64,000 nt of DNA from Leptospira biflexa (GCA_020720785.1 DYOA01000005.1:9809-73808), one strand, 5' to 3'. Counted from the first letter of the stretch, positions 1-10,844 are shown. Translations and numbers: made by a program. The notes: generated from the letters alone by a model not told the origin.

Positions 1-499
1 ACCCTTCCTTTTCCGGGAGACTGGGTGGAAGGCAGCGGGCGGAAAGCGGACGCAGAAGACGCCCCCCCAATCCGGAATAACGGGAAAGCGAGCGGAGGCG
101 GGGATACCTCTGGGACATGGGACGCTGATCCAGCACTTCTCCGGTAGCGACAAAATCGGCATTAATTTCACGCATATAATCCGCCGCCTCCCGGAGCATC
201 AAAATCCGGCAGTCCACGCATGGGTTCATGTTTTTTCCATATCCGAATCTGGGGGAGATAACAATTTTTTTCATTTTTTCGCGGATATCTTTTTCCATAA
301 AGGAAATACCCAGAGCTTCCGCGGATTTACGGGCAGCGGAAACATGGGGGATATTGTCCAGGCGGTTTTTCCAAGACGCCGGGCAAAAACCGGTGATAAA
401 GCTGATGCCATGAACCTCAATGTCTTCCTGCAGAAGCCACCGGGCCGCCAGTGTGGAATCCAGTCCCCCGCTTAATAAAACAACCGCTTTTTTACCCAT
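1..499 (-). CDS. PP-loop ATP pyrophosphatase of the ThiI/MnmA-like tRNA sulfurtransferase type; N-terminal part only, the 3' end runs off the window
   Basis: My own translation of the minus strand from the ATG at 499-497 gives MGKKAVVLLSGGLDSTLAARWLL... It has the SGGLDS PP-loop, then NPCVDCR and ATGEVLDQRPMSQ. It is absent from the ORF track because there is no stop inside the window. It starts 10 nt after the stop of the upstream cyclase gene. Confidence 0.6.
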   Translation of the reverse strand, partial: MGKKAVVLLSGGLDSTLAARWLLQEDIEVHGISFITGFCPASWKNRLDNIPHVSAARKSAEALGISFMEKDIREKMKKIVISPRFGYGKNMNPCVDCRILMLREAADYMREINADFVATGEVLDQRPMSQRYPRLRSLSRYSGLGGRLLRPLSARCLPPSLPEKEG

Positions 500-508
500 T
501 GGATTTCT

Positions 509-2170
509 TTATTTAATCAGGATTTTTGCCACACCCTTCCAGTTTTTACCCGGAGGACGATGGGTCAATTTTTCGCAACGGCGGATGAAAATATCCGGAA
601 GGGGATCATCCTTCATCTTTCCGGCGTATTCCTCAAAGCCAGCACGAGCCAGAGAGAAATTCCCTTTTTTATATTCCTCTAAAGCGTTTGTAAAGACTCC
701 GGAATTGTCCAGTTTTTTGCGAAGCAGTTCCTCCGGCTCATAACCGAATATTTCATAGATTTTCACCGGATTCTCCTTCCCCTTCAGAATGGCGGTGTCT
801 ATCTCCCGGAAATAAAAATCAATTCCCGCGGATTCTCCATCGGGCAGGGCGGAAATAACATCTTCAGTGGCCAGAATGTGGGTATGATATATTTTTGTGA
901 TGGATTCCAGGCGGGATGCGGTGTTAACCGTGTCCCCAATGACCGTATATTCCATCCGCTCCGGAGTGCCAATGTTTCCCGCAATGACCCTTCCGGAATG
1001 GATTCCGATTCCGGTCCGCAAATTCCAAGATTTTTCCCAGTTCAACGCGTTCAATTCCCGGATCATGCCCACGGCGGCTATGAGGGCTTTTTTCTCCGGA
1101 TGTTCTGTTTCCACCGGAATATTGAAAATGGCCAGAATGGCATCGCCAATGAATTTATTGATGAGACCGGAATTCCGTGCAATGGGAACGCCCATTTTCT
1201 CAAAGTAGACATTGAGGATATTCACCAGATCAGTTGCGTCCATGTTTTCTGAAAGTGAAGTAAACTCCCGGATATCGGAAAACAGGACCACTCCTTTCCG
1301 GGCAACTCCACCCAGTTCCAGATTTCCCTGCAGAAGGGTGTCTCTTATAACGGGATCCACCACCTTCCCAAATATGTTTTTTATTTTTTCCTTTTCTTTC
1401 AAGCCTTCCACCATGAGGTTAAATCCGGAGCTTAAAAGCCCAAATTCATCGTTAGTGAAAACCGGGGTGCGTACTTCAAATGCTGAGCTTTCCACCAGCC
1501 CCATGTTTTCACTCATAATTTTAATGGGGAAAATAATATTGTATCCCAGAATGGCTCCGGAAATAAGGGATATAAAAATTGTCCGGAGAACGGTCTGCAT
1601 GATGGCCAGATAGGCAGCGTCCCCCAGAATGTTCATACCGGACGATGTGAAATAATAGAGCTTGAATCCAAGGAACACCATGGGTACAATAATGAACACA
1701 AAAAATGTAATGATTATCTTCAGGGTAAAAGGGATGCGTATTTTTTTCAGGTTCTGGTAATAGCCCTCTTTTTTCAATTCATAAAGAGCGTTTTCAAAAC
1801 CAAAGAAAAGATACGCCCCCACCAGCATAGCCAAAACCATCGCTTCCAGAATATCCAAGGTTCCTGTCTTATGTAAAATAATTCCAGTGACAAAAATAAA
1901 AAAATCAAAAAAATAAAGCAGGAAAGTGAGAATGTACGGAAGCCTCTGTATCTTTCGGATGGTGGCTTCTTTTTTTTCTTCCCGTATATCTTTTTTCAGG
2001 GAGCGGATAAACCAGAAAACAGTCAGATAAGAAAACGGAGTGAAAGTGGTAGCAACAATCCAGATGAAAGGATGAAAATTTGGGGTGAACAGATAGCTGA
2101 TGAGCAGAATAATCCAGGTTATGGCAATATATCCATGGGTAATGTGGATTATTTTTTTTCCAAACCGCAT
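509..2170 (-). CDS. Membrane-bound class III adenylate/guanylate cyclase (multi-TM N-terminus, HAMP-like linker, CYC domain)
   Basis: 553 aa. The N-terminal half is hydrophobic. Cyclase motifs are FSDIREFTSLSE, KFIGDAILAIFN, IGIHSGRVIAGNIG and YTVIGDTVNTASRLE. Confidence 0.85.
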   Translation of the reverse strand: MRFGKKIIHITHGYIAITWIILLISYLFTPNFHPFIWIVATTFTPFSYLTVFWFIRSLKKDIREEKKEATIRKIQRLPYILTFLLYFFDFFIFVTGIILHKTGTLDILEAMVLAMLVGAYLFFGFENALYELKKEGYYQNLKKIRIPFTLKIIITFFVFIIVPMVFLGFKLYYFTSSGMNILGDAAYLAIMQTVLRTIFISLISGAILGYNIIFPIKIMSENMGLVESSAFEVRTPVFTNDEFGLLSSGFNLMVEGLKEKEKIKNIFGKVVDPVIRDTLLQGNLELGGVARKGVVLFSDIREFTSLSENMDATDLVNILNVYFEKMGVPIARNSGLINKFIGDAILAIFNIPVETEHPEKKALIAAVGMIRELNALNWEKSWNLRTGIGIHSGRVIAGNIGTPERMEYTVIGDTVNTASRLESITKIYHTHILATEDVISALPDGESAGIDFYFREIDTAILKGKENPVKIYEIFGYEPEELLRKKLDNSGVFTNALEEYKKGNFSLARAGFEEYAGKMKDDPLPDIFIRRCEKLTHRPPGKNWKGVAKILIK

Positions 2171-2337
2171 GGGACTTTTTCAGGAATGGAAGCAAGCACG
2201 GCAAGGACATTTTTACATCTGCTTTAGCCTTTTAGCCGGCGGGACATATTTCCAGCATGTGGCAGGAATAATTATCTGCTATTTATTGATAGCTTAATAA
2301 ATTCAAACATGCGTTTAAAATAGGTGTTTACATTTCC

Positions 2338-2988
2338 ATGGGGGTTCATAACATGGTTAGTATGAAAGAGGATACCAAAGAAAAGATCATCAGAAAATCT
2401 CTGGAGATCATTGGCAAAGATGGAGTGGATCAAATTACCATGAGGCGCATTGCCAATGAAAGCGGAGTGAATATTGCCTCCGTGAACTATCACTTTGGCA
2501 ACAAGGAAAATCTGATCCGGGAGATTATCCGGCATTTCCTGGACAATATGGGGCGTTCCTTTCTGTTTTTACAGGAGGATAACCTCTCCTCCTGGGAACG
2601 AGTGGCGGGATTCATTACCGCATACACGCAGATCATGGTGGAATACCAGGGCCTTCTACGATCATTCTTTTTCCAGATTATCGGCCAGAAATTTCAATAC
2701 CCGGAGGTCATTGATATGATCCGTAAGGGATTGGGTCTGCTCCGGACAGAACTGGAAAAAACCAGGAAAGAAGAGAATCCACCCGAATGGTCCACCATGT
2801 CCGCGATCGCACTCATGGGCAGTGTTGCCTATCCCATTCTGATGGGGGAGCAACTGGAAAAAATCTTTGGGCTTAATTACCAGGATCCGGAGATACGCAA
2901 GGGATATCTGGATATTCTGGTGAAACGATACTGCACGGATAATCCCGCAGGGAATCATAAATCGGCCAGGAAAAAACAAGGAGTATGA
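2338..2988 (+). CDS. TetR/AcrR family transcriptional regulator
   Basis: The N-terminal HTH reads ITMRRIANESGVNIASVNYHFGNKENL. The stop lies 1 nt before the start of the RND gene. The start could also be the ATG at 2353 or 2362. Confidence 0.85.
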   Translation: MGVHNMVSMKEDTKEKIIRKSLEIIGKDGVDQITMRRIANESGVNIASVNYHFGNKENLIREIIRHFLDNMGRSFLFLQEDNLSSWERVAGFITAYTQIMVEYQGLLRSFFFQIIGQKFQYPEVIDMIRKGLGLLRTELEKTRKEENPPEWSTMSAIALMGSVAYPILMGEQLEKIFGLNYQDPEIRKGYLDILVKRYCTDNPAGNHKSARKKQGV

Positions 2989-2989
2989 A

Positions 2990-5900
2990 ATGGGAAAAAT
3001 AGTCAGATATCTTTTGAATAATCCGCTGGTGGTCCATTTGACGGTATTCACTGTTTTACTGATTGGAGTCAATAATGCCGCTAAAATGCGGAAGGAGGCA
3101 TTTCCGGAAATTTCCATGAATAAGATTTTTATCCAGACAGTGTATCCAGGTTCTTCCGCAAAAGATGTGGAACTGAATGTGACTGTCCCTTTGGAGGAAT
3201 CCCTGTCTGAGGTGGAAAGCATTGATGAGATGACATCCATCTCCTCGGAAGGATTATCTTTGATCTCCATTGATGCCGATGAGGATGCCAATGCTTCCGG
3301 ATTTGATAAAATTCTGGATAAGGTGGATGACGCTGTTCGCGGGACAAAGGATTTGCCTGCGGAAATTGACGGCAGACCGGTGATCACAACATTCACATCC
3401 AAAGATATTCCGATAATGGAAATTGCCATCACCGGCGATGAGGATAGATTAAAAAAATATGTCCCTTTTCTGGAAAAGGAATTACGGAAAGCGGACGGAG
3501 TGTCCTATGTGAACACCATTGGTCTGCCGGATGACGAATTGAATATCCTGGTGGATGCTGCCCGTGCACGGGAATACTCTGTGGGACTGGGCATGGTGGC
3601 CACTGCGGTGAAGAAAAGGAATGTGCAGGGCTCCGGTGGTACGCTGGAATCATTTATGGCGGAAAAGAAGGTGGTATCCTATCACAAATACAAAGACCAT
3701 GCGGATATTCTGAACACGTTTTTACGGGTCTCCGATCTGGGTTATGATGTCCAGTTGAAAGATATTGCCAGCGTTTCCATTGCCCCCAAAAATATGGGGC
3801 TGACTGTCCGGAATAACGGAAAGCCCGGGGTGATGATGTACCTCAAAAAAGAAGGGAAAGCAGACGTCCTGAAGACATCAGAAAATATACAGGCGGTTTT
3901 TCAGAAGCTGAAAGTCCCGGATGGGGTCAGCTATAAAGTTCTGAATGACGGCTCCCGCCTCACCCGTGACAGGCTGAAAATGATTGTGAGCAATTCGGCT
4001 CTGGGCTTTTTTCTGGTGGTGTTGATTCTGTACGTGGTATTCAATGCCCACACTGCATTCTGGGTGGCATTTGGGATACCGTTTACGTTATTTGCTTCTC
4101 TGATTATCCTGTTCGCCGTGGATATTTCCCTGAATTTAATTTCCCTGGGAGGTTTTATCATCGTGCTGGGTATGCTGGTGGATGACGCCATTGTGGTAGC
4201 AGAAGAAATCAACACAAATCTGGAAAACGGAAAGAGTCCGGAGCAGTCCGCTGTGGATGCCGTAAAAGTGATGTGGAAACCCATCCTGGGAGCTTCCACC
4301 ACCACCATGGTCGCTTTCTCCCCGGCCATGTATCTGGGCGGATTTCCCGGAAAATTTGTCTGGATCATCCCCCTGATGGTGGTGATCACTCTGGCCATTT
4401 CTGTTCTGGAGAGTTATTTTATTCTGCCCATCCATCTGGCACACAGAAAAGAAAAAGCAGATGCAAACCAGGAAAAATTCCCCCAACGCAAGAAATTCAT
4501 TATCTTTCTGGAAAATAAATACAGAATTTCTCTCAAGCAGGTTCTGAAGCACCGCTATATCTATCTGGGAATTTTTGCGGGGGTTTTCCTGCTGGCCATT
4601 CTGAGCATGAAATTTTTCATCAAACAGGATGCATTTCCCCAGGGAGCGGCGGAATCCTTCAACATCCAGATTACCTATCCGGAAGGGTTCAGTAAAGAGA
4701 AGACCACGGAGGAACTCACAAAAATTGAGACAATTCTGAATTCAATTCCCAAAAAAGAATTGATTGGCTACAGCTCCCGGATTGGCACTCTCAACGAAAG
4801 CTCCGTCACGGAGAGGGGGACACAGGATAATCTGGCTGTGCTTTTTGTCTATCTGACCCCGTATTCAGAAAGGACCAGAACTGCCTATAAAATTATGGAC
4901 GAAGTCCGCAGGCAGATGGATCCACTCCTTGCATCCCATAAATCCGCATATTCCATAAATCTGGTTCGTTTGGGCCCGCCGATGGGTAAGGATCTGGAGA
5001 TACGGATATCCGGAAAAGACGAAGCCGCCATGACAAAGCGGGTGGAAGAAATGAAGCAGTACCTGCGTACCGTGAAGGGAATCAAAGATGTCTCTGACAA
5101 TACCATTGCCGGAAAAAAAGAACTGAATGTGGAGATTAATTATAAACTTCTGGCCACGGTGGGATTGACGGTGGAGGATGTTCTGACCACACTGCGTATT
5201 GCTTATGACGGAATGATTGTTACCTCCATCAATCTTCCGGAAAATACCCTGGATTTCCGGCTGCGTCTGAATGAAACGGGAAGAGCAAACGAAAATTATA
5301 TTAAGACCCTGCCCATTGTGAACCAGTATGGCCAGTTGATCAATCTGGGTGACATCATCCGGCTGCGGGAATCCGAAGCATCCGGTGAGATCCACCATAT
5401 TGAGCGGGAACGTGCCATCAGTATTTATCTGAACCTGGATTTGTCCATTCTGCCGCATAAGAACGCCTATGAGCTGGTACGCAAAAAATTTACCTCTGAC
5501 CAGAATACCACGGTATCCTATGCTGGTATGCCGGTGGAAACGGCAAAGATTTTCCGGGATCTGGGGGCAGCGGGAATCACCGCATTGATTGGGATTTTTG
5601 TGATTATTTCACTGATCTTTAATTCCTATAAAAAAACCTTTATCATTATCTTTGTCATCCCGTTTTCCCTGATTGGGATTGTCTTTGCTCTTGTGACCCA
5701 TGGCCTGCCCATGTCCACTCTGGCAGGGGTTTCCATGCTGGGTCTGATGGGGGTGGTGGTCAATGACGGCATCGTAATGGTGGATACCATCACCCGTATG
5801 GCACAAGACGGAGACATCTTCATCGGCGGTATTGTGGAGGGGGCAGTTTCCCGGCTCCGGCCTGTGCTGCTGACATCCCTCACCACCATTTTTGGCCTCT

Positions 5901-6088
5901 TGCCCACGGGATACGGAATTGGAGGATATGATCCCATGCTTTCTGATATGTGTCTGGTGATGGCCTATGGGCTGGCAGCGGGAACCATGATCACCATGTT
6001 CTTGATACCCATCTATTATATGATTGGGATGGACATCAGAAAAGTCATGGCGAATATTATGCTTCCCGGATTTCTCCGGCGGGGTTAG
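2990..6088 (+). CDS. RND superfamily efflux permease (AcrB/AcrD/AcrF family)
   Basis: 1032 aa with the typical 12-TM, two-large-loop layout. Conserved TM4-like region is GMLVDDAIVVAEEI and its repeat is GLMGVVVNDGIVMVD. Confidence 0.9.
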   Translation: MGKIVRYLLNNPLVVHLTVFTVLLIGVNNAAKMRKEAFPEISMNKIFIQTVYPGSSAKDVELNVTVPLEESLSEVESIDEMTSISSEGLSLISIDADEDANASGFDKILDKVDDAVRGTKDLPAEIDGRPVITTFTSKDIPIMEIAITGDEDRLKKYVPFLEKELRKADGVSYVNTIGLPDDELNILVDAARAREYSVGLGMVATAVKKRNVQGSGGTLESFMAEKKVVSYHKYKDHADILNTFLRVSDLGYDVQLKDIASVSIAPKNMGLTVRNNGKPGVMMYLKKEGKADVLKTSENIQAVFQKLKVPDGVSYKVLNDGSRLTRDRLKMIVSNSALGFFLVVLILYVVFNAHTAFWVAFGIPFTLFASLIILFAVDISLNLISLGGFIIVLGMLVDDAIVVAEEINTNLENGKSPEQSAVDAVKVMWKPILGASTTTMVAFSPAMYLGGFPGKFVWIIPLMVVITLAISVLESYFILPIHLAHRKEKADANQEKFPQRKKFIIFLENKYRISLKQVLKHRYIYLGIFAGVFLLAILSMKFFIKQDAFPQGAAESFNIQITYPEGFSKEKTTEELTKIETILNSIPKKELIGYSSRIGTLNESSVTERGTQDNLAVLFVYLTPYSERTRTAYKIMDEVRRQMDPLLASHKSAYSINLVRLGPPMGKDLEIRISGKDEAAMTKRVEEMKQYLRTVKGIKDVSDNTIAGKKELNVEINYKLLATVGLTVEDVLTTLRIAYDGMIVTSINLPENTLDFRLRLNETGRANENYIKTLPIVNQYGQLINLGDIIRLRESEASGEIHHIERERAISIYLNLDLSILPHKNAYELVRKKFTSDQNTTVSYAGMPVETAKIFRDLGAAGITALIGIFVIISLIFNSYKKTFIIIFVIPFSLIGIVFALVTHGLPMSTLAGVSMLGLMGVVVNDGIVMVDTITRMAQDGDIFIGGIVEGAVSRLRPVLLTSLTTIFGLLPTGYGIGGYDPMLSDMCLVMAYGLAAGTMITMFLIPIYYMIGMDIRKVMANIMLPGFLRRG

Positions 6089-6747
6089 ATTTCTTTCAGA
6101 ATTTCCTTCAGGGAGCGGAGGCGGTTTTCCAGCTCCTGGAAATTTTTATTCCGGAGGATATCTTTGGAGATCAGGGCGGAACCCATACCCACGCAAACGG
6201 CTCCTGCGGAAAACCATTTCTGCAGTGATTCCTTTTTGGGCTCCACTCCGCCGGTGGGCATAATACGGGTGTACGGCATCGGACCCAGCACAGCCTTTAT
6301 ATAATCCGGACCGCCCACGGAATCTCCGGGGAACATTTTCACAATTTCCGCTCCCAGCCGGTGGGCGTGCTGGATTTCTGTGAGGGTGCCAGTCCCCGGA
6401 AAATACGGTACCTTATACTGGTTTGCCAGAGAAAAAATTTCCTCAGAAATCCCGGGACTCACCAGAAAGTCCGCTCCGGAGTGGATATAATGGGATGCCA
6501 GTGGTGCGTCCATCACAGAACCAATCCCAATGATAAATCCGTCCAGGGATTTTCTCTGTTGCTGGATATACGTGAAGACTTCCCTGGCTTTCTCTCCCCG
6601 ATGGGTGAATTCCACCGCGTGGAAGCCATGGCGGTGCAGAATGGTAATGACATCCCAGACGGTCTGTGGGTCATCATGATAAAAGACCGGAATCACCCTG
6701 GTGCGGGTCAGAATTTCATAAATTTCGCAGCGGGAATATTTGTTCAT
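6085..6747 (-). CDS. eda: KHG/KDPG aldolase (2-dehydro-3-deoxyphosphogluconate aldolase family)
   Basis: 220 aa. Motifs are VIPVFY, AVEFT, GAEIVKMFPG (Schiff-base Lys context) and MPTGGV. The start overlaps the upstream kinase stop by 4 nt. Confidence 0.8.
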   Translation of the reverse strand: MNKYSRCEIYEILTRTRVIPVFYHDDPQTVWDVITILHRHGFHAVEFTHRGEKAREVFTYIQQQRKSLDGFIIGIGSVMDAPLASHYIHSGADFLVSPGISEEIFSLANQYKVPYFPGTGTLTEIQHAHRLGAEIVKMFPGDSVGGPDYIKAVLGPMPYTRIMPTGGVEPKKESLQKWFSAGAVCVGMGSALISKDILRNKNFQELENRLRSLKEILKEI

Positions 6748-7838
6748 CTGTCCACCCTCGCGGATTTGGAATGGATAGCTTTTTCAATTTCGGAAAGGGA
6801 CGCCATGGTGGTATCTCCGGGGGTGGTCATGGCCAGAGCACCGTGTGCCGCTCCGTATTCCACAATTTCCTGCGGGGATTTCCCGGATAAAAAGCCATAG
6901 ATGAGGCCGGAAGCAAAGCTGTCCCCTCCGCCCACGCGATCATAGATTTCCAGATTCTCCCGCATGCGGGCTTCATAAAAAGTTTTTTCATAAAACAGCA
7001 TCCCGCCCCAGTCATTAAAGGTGGCGGTTTTTGCGGTCCTCAGAGTAGTGGCAATGGCATGGAAATTGGGATAATCTTTCACCACATTCCCAATCATCTT
7101 CCGGAAGCTTTCCACATTAATTTTGGAAATATCATCATCCATATCTTCCACTTCATACCCCAGGGCATTGGAGAAATCCTCTTCATTGCCAATCATGACA
7201 TCCACATAGCGGGCAATTTCCCGGTTAATTTTCTGTGCTTCTTTGATTCCGCCTCTGGCTTTCCACAGGCTGGGGCGGTAATTCAGATCATAGCTGACAA
7301 TGGTGCCGGCTTCTTTTGCTGCCACCATGGCTTCCAGTACCACCTCCGGTGTGGATTCAGAGAGGCCGGCAAAAATACCCCCGGTGTGAAACCAGCGGGA
7401 TTTTTCTTCCTGGAAAATTTTCTTCCAGGGGATATCCCCTTTTTTCAGGTTGCCGGCAGCGGAATATGCCCGGTCGGAGACGCCCTTGGCCGCACGGATT
7501 CCAAAGCCTCTTTCCACAAAATTCAGACCCACGCGGACATCCCGGCCAATGCCATCATAGGGAAACCACTTTACATAGGATAAATCCATTCCCCCTTGGA
7601 GCATCAGATCTTCCAGAAGGTAGCCCACCTCATTGTCCACATTGCCGGTGACCATGGCTGTCCGCAGACCAAAGGCTCTGCGCAGACCTCTGGCGACATT
7701 ATATTCCCCGCCGCCTTCGGAAATCCGCATCATTCTGGCCGTTTTGATGCGGGTATCCATCGGGTCAAAGCGGAGCATGACCTCTCCTAAGCTGATTTCA
7801 TCGTATTTGGTTTTATCTGGTGGGAGTACGGTTAACAT
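6744..7838 (-). CDS. PfkB-family sugar kinase, probably 2-dehydro-3-deoxygluconokinase
   Basis: 364 aa. It has the C-terminal PfkB signature GGGDSFASGLIYG and TTPGD. It is coupled to the eda-like gene. Confidence 0.75.
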   Translation of the reverse strand: MLTVLPPDKTKYDEISLGEVMLRFDPMDTRIKTARMMRISEGGGEYNVARGLRRAFGLRTAMVTGNVDNEVGYLLEDLMLQGGMDLSYVKWFPYDGIGRDVRVGLNFVERGFGIRAAKGVSDRAYSAAGNLKKGDIPWKKIFQEEKSRWFHTGGIFAGLSESTPEVVLEAMVAAKEAGTIVSYDLNYRPSLWKARGGIKEAQKINREIARYVDVMIGNEEDFSNALGYEVEDMDDDISKINVESFRKMIGNVVKDYPNFHAIATTLRTAKTATFNDWGGMLFYEKTFYEARMRENLEIYDRVGGGDSFASGLIYGFLSGKSPQEIVEYGAAHGALAMTTPGDTTMASLSEIEKAIHSKSARVDR

Positions 7839-7876
7839 GGGGCAACATTGGACGATTCATTAAGCGATCAAGATTA

Positions 7877-9151
7877 TTATTTTTCTTTGTGCAGCTTTTC
7901 CAGAATCTCACGGATGCGGTTTTCCATGGAGTTTTCAAACCGGGTCTCCGCCGGCGAGTAAAAATTCTGTTTGGGAAGATCCTCCGGCCAGTAATTCTGC
8001 GGGACAAAACCTCCAAAATCATGGGGATAGCGGTAGTCTTTGATCCGCTCCGAATGGTTGACAATATACAGGGGGGGAAGGATGGTTTTGTCCCTCACAT
8101 AATCCATCGCCCGGTTGATGGCCAGATATGCGGAATTGGATTTGGGGGAGGCCGCCAGATAGATGACCGCATGGGCCAGCATGATCCGTGCCTCCGGCAT
8201 TCCGGTTTTCTCCACGGATTCCAAGACCGATGTGGTCAGCACTGCTGCCTGGGAATTTGCCAGGCCAATGTCTTCGGAAGCGGCAATCACCAGACGCCGG
8301 GCAATATACGCGGGGTCCACATCCATATCCAGCATCTTTGCCAGATATAAAATGGCGGCATCCGGATCCGATCCACGAATGGATTTGATAAAGGCACTCA
8401 TCAGTTCATAGGAATATTTTTCCCTGTTTTTGTTATATATCCGGTTATTCTCAAAAAAGGAAAGAATAGTCTTTTTGTAATGCTCCGTGGCCCGTGGTTC
8501 AGCGGCATTCTCCCCAATGGGCAGATTTTCCAGAAGATGCTCCATGGCCAGATACGCAGAGCGGAAATCCGGGTATGAGTAATCCACAATCATACCCATC
8601 ACCGCATCCGGAAAACCGTCCTGTCCTTTTTCTCCGTAGCCGGAAAGCAGAGAATCCAGGCCGTCCGTAATGATTTTTTTAAAAAGAGGAGGCTCCGGGG
8701 GAATAAATTCTTTTAGCTGGACACGGGAAAGTAGCGGGCGGGTAAAATAATACCAGGGAGATTCCGTGGTGGCTCCGGCCAGAATGACTCGTCCTTCTTC
8801 CAGTGGTTTCAGAAAAAAATCCTGTCTGGCTTTGGAAAAGCGGTGCAGTTCATCCATAAACAGGATAAAAGTCCCGGAGCGGGAGTCCATGATTTTGCGG
8901 ATTTCCGCGAGCGAAGAGGAGGCCGCCCCCAGACTCAGGGATTTCATGGGAACATCCGGGTCCTTAATGAGCAGCTCAATGAATGTGGTTTTCCCTGCTC
9001 CCGGTGGTCCGTACAGAATAAAGGAAAACGGATTGCGGATGAACTTCTCCCGGAATTCCTTCAGGCCGGAAAAAAACGCAAACTTTTCCCAGCTATCCGG
9101 CCGGAGCCGGCTCCATACGGGAAGGCGATGCGTGGAGAACAGCTCGTTCAA
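7877..9151 (-). CDS. rarA: Replication-associated recombination protein A (MgsA/RarA AAA+ ATPase)
   Basis: Walker A is GPPGAGKTT. The MgsA C-terminal signature is ARRLVIAASEDIGLANSQA. Confidence 0.9.
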   Translation of the reverse strand: MNELFSTHRLPVWSRLRPDSWEKFAFFSGLKEFREKFIRNPFSFILYGPPGAGKTTFIELLIKDPDVPMKSLSLGAASSSLAEIRKIMDSRSGTFILFMDELHRFSKARQDFFLKPLEEGRVILAGATTESPWYYFTRPLLSRVQLKEFIPPEPPLFKKIITDGLDSLLSGYGEKGQDGFPDAVMGMIVDYSYPDFRSAYLAMEHLLENLPIGENAAEPRATEHYKKTILSFFENNRIYNKNREKYSYELMSAFIKSIRGSDPDAAILYLAKMLDMDVDPAYIARRLVIAASEDIGLANSQAAVLTTSVLESVEKTGMPEARIMLAHAVIYLAASPKSNSAYLAINRAMDYVRDKTILPPLYIVNHSERIKDYRYPHDFGGFVPQNYWPEDLPKQNFYSPAETRFENSMENRIREILEKLHKEK

Positions 9152-10800
9152 GGATTTACTTTCTGGTACTGAATGGCCGCTTCAATAAATTTTACAAAAA
9201 GAGGATGGGGTTTATGCGGCTTGCTCTGGAATTCCGGATGGAACTGGGTTCCCACAAACCAGGGATGATTATTCCGGGAAAGCTCCACTGCTTCCACCAG
9301 CTTATTATCCGGTGAAACCCCGGAAACAACCAGACCTTTGCGGAGATACTGATCCAGATAAAGATTGTTGAATTCATACCTGTGCCGGTGGCGTTCATGA
9401 ATGGTCTTCTGCTCATAGGCCTCTTCCATCCGGGTGTTGTCCTGGATTTGACAGGGATAGGCTCCTTTCCGAGTGGTGCCACCCATTTTATCAATGCCAA
9501 TCTGTTCGTCCATAATATGGATAACCGGATGCGGGGTGTCCGGGTTGAATTCTGTGGAATTGGCTCCCTCCAGACCCAGGACATTCCGGGCGTATTCAAT
9601 CACGGCACACTGCATCCCCAGGCAAATTCCAAAATACGGAATCTTACTCTCCCGTGCGTACCGGATGGAAATGAGTTTCCCTTCCACCCCCCGGTTACCA
9701 AATCCGCCTGGCACCAGAATTCCCTGGATACCGCTCAGATATTCTTTATAATTCTCCGGGGTGATTTTTTCCGAATCTATTTTAATGTATTCCACTTTAC
9801 AATTATGCGGAAATCCACCATGCCAGAGAGCTTCATACAGGCTGCGGTAAGCGTCACTCACTTCCACATATTTTCCCACAATAGCAATTTTCACTGTGGT
9901 GGCAGGATTTTTGAAATAATCCACAATTTTTTCCCATTTCTGGAGCATGGGGTTCATCTCTCCCTGAAAAAGCGGGGAGACACTCTCCATTCCAAAATAC
10001 TGGATGATGACATCATCAATCCTTTCCTGGTGGAGATTCAGGGGGACTTCATATATGGTATAATCAATATCGGCGGCACTGAATACCCTGTCCGAAGGAA
10101 CGTTGGTGAACTGGGAAATTTTCCATTTGATTTCCGGGGTCAATGGTTTGGTGGCTCGGGAAATCAGGATGTCTGGCTGGATCCCCTGCTTTAATAATTC
10201 TTTGACCGAATGCTGGGTGGGCTTGGTTTTGATTTCTCCGGCCACACTGATGGTGGGTACAAGGGTCAGGTGGATATAGAGTGTTTTTTCTCTTCCGTTA
10301 TCAAAGCGGAACTGGCGGATGGCTTCCAGGAAGGGAACGGATTCTATGTCTCCCACCGTGCCACCAATCTCCACCAGAATAAAATCCAACTCCGGATCAG
10401 CATTTTTCAATTTTAAAATCCGGCTTTTAATTTCATTGGTAATATGCGGGATCACCTGAACCGTCCGTCCCTGATATTCCCCCTGGCGTTCTCTTTCAAT
10501 GACCGTTTTGTAGATCTGCCCGGTGGTGATGGAATTTAATTTTGTCAGCTTGGAATTGGTAAACCTTTCATAGTATCCCAAATCCAGATCGGTCTCTGCA
10601 CCATCCTCCGTAACATACACCTCGCCATGCTGGAATGGACTCATGGTACCCGGATCCTCATTGATATAAGGATCCATCTTCTGGATGGTGACTTTGAATC
10701 CCCTTGCCTCTAAAAGTGCTCCAATGGAGGCGATGGTCACTCCCTTTCCCAGGGAACTGGCAACCCCCCCCGTGATAAAAATATAACGGGTATTTGGCAT
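9148..10800 (-). CDS. pyrG: CTP synthase
   Basis: 550 aa. The N-terminus is TRYIFITGGVASSLGKG. The glutamine amidotransferase active site is FGICLGMQ. Confidence 0.95.
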   Translation of the reverse strand: MPNTRYIFITGGVASSLGKGVTIASIGALLEARGFKVTIQKMDPYINEDPGTMSPFQHGEVYVTEDGAETDLDLGYYERFTNSKLTKLNSITTGQIYKTVIERERQGEYQGRTVQVIPHITNEIKSRILKLKNADPELDFILVEIGGTVGDIESVPFLEAIRQFRFDNGREKTLYIHLTLVPTISVAGEIKTKPTQHSVKELLKQGIQPDILISRATKPLTPEIKWKISQFTNVPSDRVFSAADIDYTIYEVPLNLHQERIDDVIIQYFGMESVSPLFQGEMNPMLQKWEKIVDYFKNPATTVKIAIVGKYVEVSDAYRSLYEALWHGGFPHNCKVEYIKIDSEKITPENYKEYLSGIQGILVPGGFGNRGVEGKLISIRYARESKIPYFGICLGMQCAVIEYARNVLGLEGANSTEFNPDTPHPVIHIMDEQIGIDKMGGTTRKGAYPCQIQDNTRMEEAYEQKTIHERHRHRYEFNNLYLDQYLRKGLVVSGVSPDNKLVEAVELSRNNHPWFVGTQFHPEFQSKPHKPHPLFVKFIEAAIQYQKVNP

Positions 10801-10844
10801 ATGGCAGAATTTGGGCGGATTTTACAGCGTCAATAAAAATGGGA

